Source of the DNA: Eledone cirrhosa
Taxonomy: Eukaryota
NCBI GenBank assembly: GCA_964016885.1
Contig: OZ024742.1
Span: 366,916,001-366,980,000, forward strand
Direction: 5' to 3'
DNA length: 64,000 bases
Below the pieces are notes generated by a model that saw only the letters and a list, made by a program, of their open reading frames with translations, was not told where the DNA came from and made no database searches. Every line of letters starts with the position of its first letter. Positions within the stretch are counted from its first letter, which is position 1. Below, one piece after another: positions 1 through 15,000 of the stretch. The translations under genes were made by a program, and so were the position numbers.

Positions 1-3000
1 ACAACACTCTCTATGACAGTTCCACTAACCCCTTCCCCTCTACACTCTCTATGACAGTTCCACTAACCCCTTCCCCTCTACACTCTCTATGACAGTTCCA
101 CTAACACCTTCCCCACAACACTCTCTATGACAGTTCCACTAACCCCTTCCCCACAACACTCTCTATGACAGTTCCACTAACCCCTTCCCCTCTACACTCT
201 CTATGACAGTTCCACTAACCCCTTCCCCACAACACTCTCTATGACAGTTCCACTAACCCCTTCCCCTCTACACTCTCTATGACAGTTCCACTAACCCCTT
301 CCCCTCTACACTCTCTATGACAGTTCCACTAACCCCTTCCCCACAACACTCTCTATGACAGTTCCACTAACCCCTTCCCCTCTACACTCTCTATGACAGT
401 TCCACTAACACCTTCCCCTCTACACTCTCTATGACAGTTCCACTAACACCTTCCCCTCTACACTCTCTATGACAGTTCCACTAACACCTTCCCCTCTACA
501 CTCTCTATGACAGTTCCACTAACCCCTTCCCCTCTACACTCTCTATGACAGTTCCACTAACACCTTCCCCTCTACACTCTCTATGACAGTTCCACTAACC
601 CCTTCCCCACTACACTCTCTATGACAGTTCCACTAACCCCTTCCCCACAACACTCTCTATGACAGTTCCACTAACCCCTTCCCCACAACACTCTCTATGA
701 CAGTTCCACTAACCCCTTCCCCACAACACTCTCTATGACAGTTCCACTAACCCCTCCCCCACAACACTCTCTATGACAGTTCCACTAACCCCTTCCCCAC
801 AACACTCTCTATGACAGTTCCACTAACACCTTCCCCACAACACTCTCTATGACAGTTCCACTAACCCCTTCCCCACAACACTCTCTATGACAGTTCCACT
901 AACCCCTTCCCCTCTACACTCTCTATGACAGTTCCACTAACCCCTTCCCCACAACACTCTCTATGACAGTTCCACTAACCCCTTCCCCTCTACACTCTCT
1001 ATGACAGTTCCACTAACCCCTTCCCCTCTACACTCTCTATGACAGTTCCACTAACCCCTTCCCCACAACACTCTCTATGACAGTTCCACTAACCCCTTCC
1101 CCTCTACACTCTCTATGACAGTTCCACTAACACCTTCCCCACAACACTCTCTATGACAGTTCCACTAACCCCTTCCCCTCTACACTCTCTATGACAGTTC
1201 CACTAACCCCTTCCCCTCTACACTCTCTATGACAGTTCCACTAACCCCTTCCCCACAACACTCTCTATGACAGTTCCACTAACCCCTTCCCCTCTACACT
1301 CTCTATGACAGTTCCACTAACCCCTTCCCCACAACACTCTCTATGACAGTTCCACTAACCCCTTCCCCTCTACACTCTCTATGACAGTTCCACTAACCCC
1401 TTCCCCTCTACACTCTCTATGACAGTTCCACTAACACCTTCCCCACAACACTCTCTATGACAGTTCCACTAACCCCTTCCCCTCTACACTCTCTATGACA
1501 GTTCCACTAACCCCTTCCCCTCTACACTCTCTATGACAGTTCCACTAACCCCTTCCCCACAACACTCTCTATGACAGTTCCACTAACCCCTTCCCCACAA
1601 CACTCTCTATGACAGTTCCACTAACCCCTTCCCCTCTACACTCTCTATGACAGTTCCACTAACACCTTCCCCACAACACTCTCTATGACAGTTCCACTAA
1701 CCCCTTCCCCTCTACACTCTCTATGACAGTTCCACTAACCCCTTCCCCTCTACACTCTCTATGACAGTTCCACTAACCCCTTCCCCACAACACTCTCTAT
1801 GACAGTTCCACTAACCCCTTCCCCTCTACACTCTCTATGACAGTTCCACTAACCCCTTCCCCACAACACTCTCTATGACAGTTCCACTAACCCCTTCCCC
1901 TCTACACTCTCTATGACAGTTCCACTAACCCCTTCCCCACAACACTCTCTATGACAGTTCCACTAACCCCTTCCCCTCTACACTCTCTATGACAGTTCCA
2001 CTAACCCCTTCCCCTCTACACTCTCTATGACAGTTCCACTAACACCTTCCCCACAACACTCTCTATGACAGTTCCACTAACCCCTTCCCCTCTACACTCT
2101 CTATGACAGTTCCACTAACCCCTTCCCCTCTACACTCTCTATGACAGTTCCACTAACCCCTTCCCCACAACACTCTCTATGACAGTTCCACTAACACCTT
2201 CCCCTCTACACTCTCTATGACAGTTCCACTAACACCTTCCCCACAACACTCTCTATGACAGTTCCACTAACACCTTCCCCTCTACACTCTCTATGACAGT
2301 TCCACTAACACCTTCCCCTCTACACTCTCTATGACAGTTCCACTAACCCCTTCCCCTCTACACTCTCTATGGCAGTTCCACTAACACCTTCCCCTCTACA
2401 CTCTCTATGACAGTTCCACTAACCCCTTCCCCACAACACTCTCTATGACAGTTCCACTAACCCCTTCCCCACAACACTCTCTATGACAGTTCCACTAACA
2501 CCTTCCCCACAACACTCTCTATGACAGTTCCACTAACACCTTCCCCACAACACTCTCTATGACAGTTCCACTAACACCTTCCCCACAACACTCTCTATGA
2601 CAGTTCCACTAACACCTTCCCCACAACACTCTCTATGACAGTTCCACTAACCCCTTCCCCACAACACTCTCTATGACAGTTCCACTAACACCTTCCCCTC
2701 TACACTCTCTATGACAGTTCCACTAACCCCTTCCCCACAACACTCTCTATGACAGTTCCACTAACACCTTCCCCACAACACTCTCTATGACAGTTCCACT
2801 AACACCTTCCCCTCTACACTCTCTATGACAGTTCCACTAACCCCTTCCCCACAACACTCTCTATGACAGTTCCACTAACACCTTCCCCACAACACTCTCT
2901 ATGACAGTTCCACTAACACCTTCCCCTCTACACTCTCTATGACAGTTCCACTAACCCCTTCCCCACAACACTCTCTATGACAGTTCCACTAACACCTTCC

Positions 3001-6000
3001 CCACAACACTCTCTATGACAGTTCCACTAACACCTTCCCCTCTACACTCTCTATGACAGTTCCACTAACCCCTTCCCCACAACACTCTCTATGACAGTTC
3101 CACTAACCCCTTCCCCTCTACACTCTCTATGACAGTTCCACTAACCCCTTCCCCACAACACTCTCTATGACAGTTCCACTAACACCTTCCCCTCTACACT
3201 CTCTATGACAGTTCCACTAACACCTTCCCCTCTACACTCTCTATGACAGTTCCACTAACCCCTTCCCCTCTACACTCTCTATGACAGTTCCACTAACCCC
3301 TTCCCCTCTACACTCTCTATGACAGTTCCACTAACCCCTTCCCCTCTACACTCTCTATGACAGTTCCACTAACACCTTCCCCTCTACACTCTCTATGACA
3401 GTTCCACTAACCCCTTCCCCACTACACTCTCTATGACAGTTCCACTAACCCCTTCCCCACAACACTCTCTATGACAGTTCCACTAACCCCTTCCCCACAA
3501 CACTCTCTATGACAGTTCCACTAACACCTTCCCCACAACACTCTCTATGACAGTTCCACTAACCCCTTCCCCTCTACACTCTCTATGACAGTTCCACTAA
3601 CCCCTTCCCCACAACACTCTCTATGACAGTTCCACTAACCCCTTCCCCACAACACTCTCTATGACAGTTCCACTAACCCCTTCCCCACAACACTCTCTAT
3701 GACAGTTCCACTAACCCCTTCCCCACAACACTCTCTATGACAGTTCCACTAACCCCTTCCCCACAACACTCTCTATGACAGTTCCACTAACCCCTCCCCC
3801 ACAACACTCTCTATGACAGTTCCACTAACCCCTTCCCCTCTACACTCTCTATGACAGTTCCACTAACCCCTTCCCCACAACACTCTCTATGACAGTTCCA
3901 CTAACCCCTTCCCCACAACACTCTCTATGACAGTTCCACTAACCCCTTCCCCTCTACACTCTCTATGACAGTTCCACTAACACCTTCCCCACAACACTCT
4001 CTATGACAGTTCCACTAACACCTTCCCCACAACACTCTCTATGACAGTTCCACTAACACCTTCCCCACAACACTCTCTATGACAGTTCCACTAACCCCTT
4101 CCCCACAACACTCTCTATGACAGTTCCACTAACCCCTTCCCCTCTACACTCTCTATGACAGTTCCACTAACCCCTTCCCCACAACACTCTCTATGACAGT
4201 TCCACTAACCCCTTCCCCACAACACTCTCTATGACAGTTCCACTAACCCCTTCCCCACAACACTCTCTATGACAGTTCCACTAACCCCTTCCCCACAACA
4301 CTCTCTATGACAGTTCCACTAACCCCTTCCCCTCTACACTCTCTATGACAGTTCCACTAACCCCTTCCCCACAACACTCTCTATGACAGTTCCACTAACC
4401 CCTTCCCCACAACACTCTCTATGACAGTTCCACTAACCCCTTCCCCACAACACTCTCTATGACAGTTCCACTAACCCCTTCCCCACAACACTCTCTATGA
4501 CAGTTCCACTAACCCCTTCCCCACAACACTCTCTATGACAGTTCCACTAACCCCTTCCCCACAACACTCTCTATGACAGTTCCACTAACCCCTTCCCCTC
4601 TACACTCTCTATGACAGTTCCACTAACCCCTTCCCCACAACACTCTCTATGACAGTTCCACTAACCCCTTCCCCACAACACTCTCTATGACAGTTCCACT
4701 AACCCCTTCCCCTCTACACTCTCTATGACAGTTCCACTAACACCTTCCCCACAACACTCTCTATGACAGTTCCACTAACCCCTTCCCCACAACACTCTCT
4801 ATGACAGTTCCACTAACCCCTTCCCCTCTACACTCTCTATGACAGTTCCACTAACACCTTCCCCACAACACTCTCTATGACAGTTCCACTAACACCTTCC
4901 CCACAACACTCTCTATGACAGTTCCACTAACACCTTCCCCACAACACTCTCTATGACAGTTCCACTAACACCTTCCCCACTACACTCTCTATGACAGTTC
5001 CACTAACACCTTCCCCACAACACTCTCTATGACAGTTCCACTAACACCTTCCCCACAACACTCTCTATGACAGTTCCACTAACACCTTCCCCACAACACT
5101 CTCTATGACAGTTCCACTAACCCCTTCCCCACAACACTCTCTATGACAGTTCCACTAACCCCTTCCCCTCTACACTCTCTATGACAGTTCCACTAACCCC
5201 TTCCCCTCTACACTCTCTATGACAGTTCCACTAACCCCTTCCCCTCTACACTCTCTATGACAGTTCCACTAACCCCTTCCCCTCTACACTCTCTATGACA
5301 GTTCCACTAACCCCTTCCCCTCTACACTCTCTATGACAGTTCCACTAACCCCTTCCCCTCTACACTCTCTATGACAGTTCCACTAACCCCTTCCCCACAA
5401 CACTCTCTATGACAGTTCCACTAACCCCTTCCCCACAACACTCTCTATGACAGTTCCACTAACCCCTTCCCCTCTACACTCTCTATGACAGTTCCACTAA
5501 CCCCTTCCCCTCTACACTCTCTATGACAGTTCCACTAACCCCTTCCCCTCTACACTCTCTATGACAGTTCCACTAACCCCTTCCCCTCTACACTCTCTAT
5601 GACAGTTCCACTAACCCCTTCCCCTCTACACTCTCTATGACAGTTCCACTAACCCCTTCCCCTCTACACTCTCTATGACAGTTCCACTAACCCCTTCCCC
5701 ACAACACTCTCTATGACAGTTCCACTAACCCCTTCCCCACAACACTCTCTATGACAGTTCCACTAACCCCTTCCCCTCTACACTCTCTATGACAGTTCCA
5801 CTAACCCCTTCCCCACAACACTCTCTATGACAGTTCCACTAACCCCTTCCCCACAACACTCTCTATGACAGTTCCACTAACCCCTTCCCCTCTACACTCT
5901 CTATGACAGTTCCACTAACCCCTTCCCCTCTACACTCTCTATGACAGTTCCACTAACCCCTTCCCCTCTACACTCTCTATGACAGTTCCACTAACCCCTT

Positions 6001-9000
6001 CCCCTCTACACTCTCTATGACAGTTCCACTAACCCCTTCCCCACAACACTCTCTATGACAGTTCCACTAACACCTTCCCCACAACACTCTCTATGACAGT
6101 TCCACTAACCCCTTCCCCACAACACTCTCTATGACAGTTCCACTAACCCCTTCCCCACAACACTCTCTATGACAGTTCCACTAACCCCTTCCCCTCTACA
6201 CTCTCTATGACAGTTCCACTAACCCCTTCCCCTCTACACTCTCTATGACAGTTCCACTAACCCCTTCCCCACAACACTCTCTATGACAGTTCCACTAACC
6301 CCTTCCCCTCTACACTCTCTATGACAGTTCCACTAACCCCTTCCCCTCTACACTCTCTATGACAGTTCCACTAACCCCTTCCCCTCTACACTCTCTATGA
6401 CAGTTCCACTAACCCCTTCCCCTCTACACTCTCTATGACAGTTCCACTAACCCCTTCCCCTCTACACTCTCTATGACAGTTCCACTAACCCCTTCCCCTC
6501 AACACTCTCTATGACAGTTCCACTAACCCCTTCCCCTCTACACTCTCTATGACAGTTCCACTAACCCCTTCCCCTCTACACTCTCTATGACAGTTCCACT
6601 AACCCCTTCCCCTCTACACTCTCTATGACAGTTCCACTAACCCCTTCCCCTCTACACTCTCTATGACAGTTCCACTAACCCCTTCCCCTCTACACTCTCT
6701 ATGACAGTTCCACTAACCCCTTCCCCTCTACACTCTCTATGACAGTTCCACTAACCCCTTCCCCTCTACACTCTCTATGACAGTTCCACTAACCCCTTCC
6801 CCTCTACACTCTCTATGACAGTTCCACTAACCCCTTCCCCTCTACACTCTCTATGACAGTTCCACTAACCCCTTCCCCTCTACACTCTCTATGACAGTTC
6901 CACTAACCCCTTCCCCTCTACACTCTCTATGACAGTTCCACTAACCCCTTCCCCTCTACACTCTCTATGACAGTTCCACTAACCCCTTCCCCTCTACACT
7001 CTCTATGACAGTTCCACTAACCCCTTCCCCTCTACACTCTCTATGACAGTTCCACTAACCCCTTCCCCTCTACACTCTCTATGACAGTTCCACTAACCCC
7101 TTCCCCTCTACACTCTCTATGACAGTTCCACTAACACCTTCCCCACAACACTCTCTATGACAGTTCCACTAACCCCTTCCCCTCTACACTCTCTATGACA
7201 GTTCCACTAACCCCTTCCCCTCTACACTCTCTATGACAGTTCCACTAACCCCTTCCCCTCTACACTCTCTATGACAGTTCCACTAACCCCTTCCCCTCTA
7301 CACTCTCTATGACAGTTCCACTAACCCTTCCCCTCTACACTCTCTATGACAGTTCCACTAACCCCTTCCCCTCTACACTCTCTATGACAGTTCCACTAAC
7401 CCCTTCCCCTCTACACTCTCTATGACAGTTCCACTAACCCCTTCCCCTCTACACTCTCTATGACAGTTCCACTAACCCCTTCCCCTCTACACTCTCTATG
7501 ACAGTTCCACTAACCCCTTCCCCTCTACACTCTCTATGACAGTTCCACTAACCCCTTCCCCTCTACACTCTCTATGACAGTTCCACTAACCCCTTCCCCT
7601 CTACACTCTCTATGACAGTTCCACTAACCCCTTCCCCTCTACACTCTCTATGACAGTTCCACTAACCCCTTCCCCTCTACACTCTCTATGACAGTTCCAC
7701 TAACCCCTTCCCCTCTACACTCTCTATGACAGTTCCACTAACCCCTTCCCCTCTACACTCTCTATGACAGTTCCACTAACCCCTTCCCCTCTACACTCTC
7801 TATGACAGTTCCACTAACCCCTTCCCCTCTACACTCTCTATGACAGTTCCACTAACCCCTTCCCCTCTACACTCTCTATGACAGTTCCACTAACCCCTTC
7901 CCCTCTACACTCTCTATGACAGTTCCACTAACCCTTCCCCTCTACACTCTCTATGACAGTTCCACTAACCCCTTCCCCTCTACACTCTCTATGACAGTTC
8001 CACTAACCCCTTCCCCTCTACACTCTCTATGACAGTTCCACTAACCCCTTCCCCTCTACACTCTCTATGACAGTTCCACTAACCCCTTCCCCTCTACACT
8101 CTCTATGACAGTTCCACTAACCCCTTCCCCTCTACACTCTCTATGACAGTTCCACTAACCCCTTCCCCTCTACACTCTCTATGACAGTTCCACTAACCCC
8201 TTCCCCTCTACACTCTCTATGACAGTTCCACTAACCCCTTCCCCTCTACACTCTCTATGACAGTTCCACTAACCCCTTCCCCTCTACACTCTCTATGACA
8301 GTTCCACTAACCCCTTCCCCTCTACACTCTCTATGACAGTTCCACTAACCCCTTCCCCTCTACACTCTCTATGACAGTTCCACTAACCCCTTCCCCTCTA
8401 CACTCTCTATGACAGTTCCACTAACCCCTTCCCCTCTACACTCTCTATGACAGTTCCACTAACCCCTTCCCCTCTACACTCTCTATGACAGTTCCACTAA
8501 CCCCTTCCCCTCTACACTCTCTATGACAGTTCCACTAACCCCTTCCCCTCTACACTCTCTATGACAGTTCCACTAACCCCTTCCCCTCTACACTCTCTAT
8601 GACAGTTCCACTAACCCCTTCCCCTCTACACTCTCTATGACAGTTCCACTAACCCCTTCCCCTCTACACTCTCTATGACAGTTCCACTAACCCCTTCCCC
8701 TCTACACTCTCTATGACAGTTCCACTAACCCCTTCCCCTCTACACTCTCTATGACAGTTCCACTAACCCCTTCCCCTCTACACTCTCTATGACAGTTCCA
8801 CTAACCCCTTCCCCTCTACACTCTCTATGACAGTTCCACTAACCCCTTCCCCTCTACACTCTCTATGACAGTTCCACTAACCCCTTCCCCTCTACACTCT
8901 CTATGACAGTTCCACTAACCCCTTCCCCTCTACACTCTCTATGACAGTTCCACTAACCCCTTCCCCTCTACACTCTCTATGACAGTTCCACTAACCCCTT

Positions 9001-12000
9001 CCCCTCTACACTCTCTATGACAGTTCCACTAACCCCTTCCCCACAACACTCTCTATGACAGTTCCACTAACCCCTTCCCCTCTACACTCTCTATGACAGT
9101 TCCACTAACCCCTTCCCCTCTACACTCTCTATGACAGTTCCACTAACCCCTTCCCCTCTACACTCTCTATGACAGTTCCACTAACCCCTTCCCCTCTACA
9201 CTCTCTATGACAGTTCCACTAACCCCTTCCCCTCTACACTCTCTATGACAGTTCCACTAACCCCTTCCCCACAACACTCTCTATGACAGTTCCACTAACC
9301 CCTTCCCCACAACACTCTCTATGACAGTTCCACTAACCCCTTCCCCTCTACACTCTCTATGACAGTTCCACTAACCCCTTCCCCTCTACACTCTCTATGA
9401 CAGTTCCACTAACCCCTTCCCCTCTACACTCTCTATGACAGTTCCACTAACCCCTTCCCCTCTACACTCTCTATGACAGTTCCACTAACCCCTTCCCCTC
9501 TACACTCTCTATGACAGTTCCACTAACCCCTTCCCCACAACACTCTCTATGACAGTTCCACTAACCCCTTCCCCTCTACACTCTCTATGACAGTTCCACT
9601 AACCCCTTCCCCACAACACTCTCTATGACAGTTCCACTAACCCCTTCCCCTCTACACTCTCTATGACAGTTCCACTAACCCCTTCCCCACAACACTCTCT
9701 ATGACAGTTCCACTAACCCCTTCCCCACAACACTCTCTATGACAGTTCCACTAACCCCTTCCCCTCTACACTCTCTATGACAGTTCCACTAACCCCTTCC
9801 CCTCTACACTCTCTATGACAGTTCCACTAACCCCTTCCCCTCTACACTCTCTATGACAGTTCCACTAACCCCTTCCCCTCTACACTCTCTATGACAGTTC
9901 CACTAACCCCTTCCCCACAACACTCTCTATGACAGTTCCACTAACCCCTTCCCCACAACACTCTCTATGACAGTTCCACTAACCCCTTCCCCTCTACACT
10001 CTCTATGACAGTTCCACTAACCCCTTCCCCTCTACACTCTCTATGACAGTTCCACTAACCCCTTCCCCTCTACACTCTCTATGACAGTTCCACTAACCCC
10101 TTCCCCTCTACACTCTCTATGACAGTTCCACTAACCCCTTCCCCTCTACACTCTCTATGACAGTTCCACTAACCCCTTCCCCTCTACACTCTCTATGACA
10201 GTTCCACTAACCCCTTCCCCTCTACACTCTCTATGACAGTTCCACTAACCCCTTCCCCACAACACTCTCTATGACAGTTCCACTAACCCCTTCCCCCTCT
10301 ACACTCTCTATGACAGTTCCACTAACCCCTTCCCCTCTACACTCTCTATGACAGTTCCACTAACCCCTTCCCCACAACACTCTCTATGACAGTTCCACTA
10401 ACCCCTTCCCCTCTACACTCTCTATGACAGTTCCACTAACCCCTTCCCCTCTACACTCTCTATGACAGTTCCACTAACCCCTTCCCCTCTACACTCTCTA
10501 TGACAGTTCCACTAACCCCTTCCCCTCTACACTCTCTATGACAGTTCCACTAACCCCTTCCCCACAACACTCTCTATGACAGTTCCACTAACCCCTTCCC
10601 CTCTACACTCTCTATGACAGTTCCACTAACCCCTTCCCCTCTACACTCTCTATGACAGTTCCACTAACCCCTTCCCCACAACACTCTCTATGACAGTTCC
10701 ACTAACCCCTTCCCCTCTACACTCTCTATGACAGTTCCACTAACCCCTTCCCCTCTACACTCTCTATGACAGTTCCACTAACCCCTTCCCCTCTACACTC
10801 TCTATGACAGTTCCACTAACCCCTTCCCCACAACACTCTCTATGACAGTTCCACTAACCCCTTCCCCTCTACACTCTCTATGACAGTTCCACTAACCCCT
10901 TCCCCTCTACACTCTCTATGACAGTTCCACTAACCCCTTCCCCTCTACACTCTCTATGACAGTTCCACTAACCCCTTCCCCTCTACACTCTCTATGACAG
11001 TTCCACTAACCCCTTCCCCTCTACACTCTCTATGACAGTTCCACTAACCCCTTCCCCTCTACACTCTCTATGACAGTTCCACTAACCCCTTCCCCACAAC
11101 ACTCTCTATGACAGTTCCACTAACCCCTTCCCCACAACACTCTCTATGACAGTTCCACTAACCCCTTCCCCTCTACACTCTCTATGACAGTTCCACTAAC
11201 CCCTTCCCCTCTACACTCTCTATGACAGTTCCACTAACCCCTTCCCCTCTACACTCTCTATGACAGTTCCACTAACCCCTTCCCCTCTACACTCTCTATG
11301 ACAGTTCCACTAACCCCTTCCCCACAACACTCTCTATGACAGTTCCACTAACCCTTCCCCACTACACTCTCTATGACAGTTCCACTAACCCCTTCCCCTC
11401 TACACTCTCTATGACAGTTCCACTAACCCCTTCCCCTCTACACTCTCTATGACAGTTCCACTAACCCCTTCCCCTCTACACTCTCTATGACAGTTCCACT
11501 AACCCCTTCCCCTCTACACTCTCTATGACAGTTCCACTAACCCCTTCCCCTCTACACTCTCTATGACAGTTCCACTAACCCCTTCCCCACAACACTCTCT
11601 ATGACAGTTCCACTAACCCCTTCCCCTCTACACTCTCTATGACAGTTCCACTAACCCCTTCCCCTCTACACTCTCTATGACAGTTCCACTAACCCCTTCC
11701 CCTCTACACTCTCTATGACAGTTCCACTAACCCCTTCCCCTCTACACTCTCTATGACAGTTCCACTAACCCCTTCCCCCTCTACACTCTCTATGACAGTT
11801 CCACTAACCCCTTCCCCACAACACTCTCTATGACAGTTCCACTAACCCCTTCCCCTCTACACTCTCTATGACAGTTCCACTAACCCCTTCCCCTCTACAC
11901 TCTCTATGACAGTTCCACTAACCCCTTCCCCTCTACACTCTCTATGACAGTTCCACTAACCCCTTCCCCTCTACACTCTCTATGACAGTTCCACTAACCC

Positions 12001-15000
12001 CTTCCCCTCTACACTCTCTATGACAGTTCCACTAACCCCTTCCCCTCTACACTCTCTATGACAGTTCCACTAACCCCTTCCCTCTACACTCTCTATGACA
12101 GTTCCACTAACCCCTTCCCCTCTACACTCTCTATGACAGTTCCACTAACCCCTTCCCCTCTACACTCTCTATGACAGTTCCACTAACCCCTTCCCCTCTA
12201 CACTCTCTATGACAGTTCCACTAACCCTTCCCCACAACACTCTCTATGACAGTTCCACTAACCCCTTCCCCACTACACTCTCTATGACAGTTCCACTAAC
12301 CCCTTCCCCTCTACACTCTCTATGACAGTTCCACTAACCCCTTCCCCTCTACACTCTCTATGACAGTTCCACTAACCCCTTCCCCTCTACACTCTCTATG
12401 ACAGTTCCACTAACCCCTTCCCCCTCTACACTCTCTATGACAGTTCCACTAACCCTTCCCCACAACACTCTCTATGACAGTTCCACTAACCCCTTCCCCA
12501 CAACACTCTCTATGACAGTTCCACTAACCCCTTCCCCTCTACACTCTCTATGACAGTTCCACTAACCCCTTCCCCTCTACACTCTCTATGACAGTTCCAC
12601 TAACCCCTTCCCCTCTACACTCTCTATGACAGTTCCACTAACCCCTTCCCCACAACACTCTCTATGACAGTTCCACTAACCCCTTCCCCTCTACACTCTC
12701 TATGACAGTTCCACTAACCCCTTCCCCTCTACACTCTCTATGACAGTTCCACTAACCCTTCCCCACAACACTCTCTATGACAGTTCCACTAACCCCTTCC
12801 CCTCAACACTCTCTATGACAGTTCCACTAACCCCTTCCCCTCTACACTCTCTATGACAGTTCCACTAACCCCTTCCCCTCTACACTCTCTATGACAGTTC
12901 CACTAACCCCTTCCCCACAACACTCTCTATGACAGTTCCACTAACCCCTTCCCCACAACACTCTCTATGACAGTTCCACTAACCCCTTCCCCTCTACACT
13001 CTCTATGACAGTTCCACTAACCCCTTCCCCACAACACTCTCTATGACAGTTCCACTAACCCCTTCCCCACAACACTCTCTATGACAGTTCCACTAACCCC
13101 TTCCCCCTCTACACTCTCTATGACAGTTCCACTAACCCCTTCCCCTCTACACTCTCTATGACAGTTCCACTAACCCCTTCCCCTCTACACTCTCTATGAC
13201 AGTTCCACTAACCCCTTCCCCTCTACACTCTCTATGACAGTTCCACTAACCCCTTCCCCTCTACACTCTCTATGACAGTTCCACTAACCCCTTCCCCTCT
13301 ACGACTCTCTATGACAGTTCCACTANNNNNNNNNNNNNNNNNNNNNNNNNNNNNNNNNNNNNNNNNNNNNNNNNNNNNNNNNNNNNNNNNNNNNNNNNNN
13401 NNNNNNNNNNNNNNNNNNNNNNNNNNNNNNNNNNNNNNNNNNNNNNNNNNNNNNNNNNNNNNNNNNNNNNNNNNNNNNNNNNNNNNNNNNNNNNNNNNNN
13501 NNNNNNNNNNNNNNNNNNNNNNNNNCTTCCCCACAACACTCTCTATGACAGTTCCACTAACCCCTTCCCCACAACACTCTCTATGACAGTTCCACTAACC
13601 CCTTCCCCACAACACTCTCTATGACAGTTCCTCTATCACCTTCCCCACAACACTCTCTATGACAGTTCCACTAACCCCTTCCCCACAACACTCTCTATGA
13701 CAGTTCCTCTATCACCTTCCCCACAACACTCTCTATGACAGTTCCACTAACCCCTTCCCCACAACACTCTCTATGACAGTTCCACTAACCCCTTCCCCAC
13801 AACACTCTCTATGACAGTTCCACTAACACCTTCCCCACAACACTCTCTATGACAGTTCCACTAACACCTTCCCCACAACACTCTCTATGACAGTTCCACT
13901 AACCCCTTCCCCTCTACACTCTCTATGACAGTTCCACTAACCCCTTCCCCACAACACTCTCTATGACAGTTCCACTAACCCCTTCCCCACAACACTCTCT
14001 ATGACAGTTCCACTAACCCCTTCCCCACAACACTCTCTATGACAGTTCCACTAACCCCTTCCCCTCTACACTCTCTATGACAGTTCCACTAACCCCTTCC
14101 CCACAACACTCTCTATGACAGTTCCACTAACCCCTCCCCCACAACACTCTCTATGACAGTTCCACTAACCCCTTCCCCACAACACTCTCTATGACAGTTC
14201 CTCTATCACCTTCCCCACAACACTCTCTATGACAGTTCCACTAACCCCTTCCCCACAACACTCTCTATGACAGTTCCACTAACACCTTCCCCACAACACT
14301 CTCTATGACAGTTCCACTAACACCTTCCCCACAACACTCTCTATGACAGTTCCACTAACCCCTTCCCCACAACACTCTCTATGACAGTTCCACTAACACC
14401 TCCCCCACAACACTCTCTATGACAGTTCCACTAACCCCTTCCCCTCTACACTCTCTATGACAGTTCCACTAACCCCTTCCCCACAACACTCTCTATGACA
14501 GTTCCTCTATCACCTTCCCCACAACACTCTCTATGACAGTTCCACTAACCCCTTCCCCTCTACACTCTCTATGACAGTTCCACTAACACCTTCCCCACAA
14601 CACTCTCTATGACAGTTCCACTAACCCCTTCCCCTCTACACTCTCTATGACAGTTCCACTAACACCTTCCCCACAACACTCTCTATGACAGTTCCACTAA
14701 CCCCTTCCCCTCTACACTCTCTATGACAGTTCCTCTATCACCTTCCCCACAACACTCTCTATGACAGTTCCACTAACCCCTTCCCCTCTACACTCTCTAT
14801 GACAGTTCCACTAACACCTTCCCCACAACACTCTCTATGACAGTTCCACTAACCCCTTCCCCTCTACACTCTCTATGACAGTTCCACTAACACCTTCCCC
14901 ACAACACTCTCTATGACAGTTCCACTAACCCCTTCCCCTCTACACTCTCTATGACAGTTCCACTAACCCCTTCCCCTCTACACTCTCTATGACAGTTCCA

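Noticed and set aside
10280-13325. Units with 1-bp C-run indels as real variants
   Set aside because: They become more frequent toward the contig end, as expected for homopolymer sequencing errors.
13232-13586. Three ORFs across the gap
   Set aside because: Open only because N translates as X.
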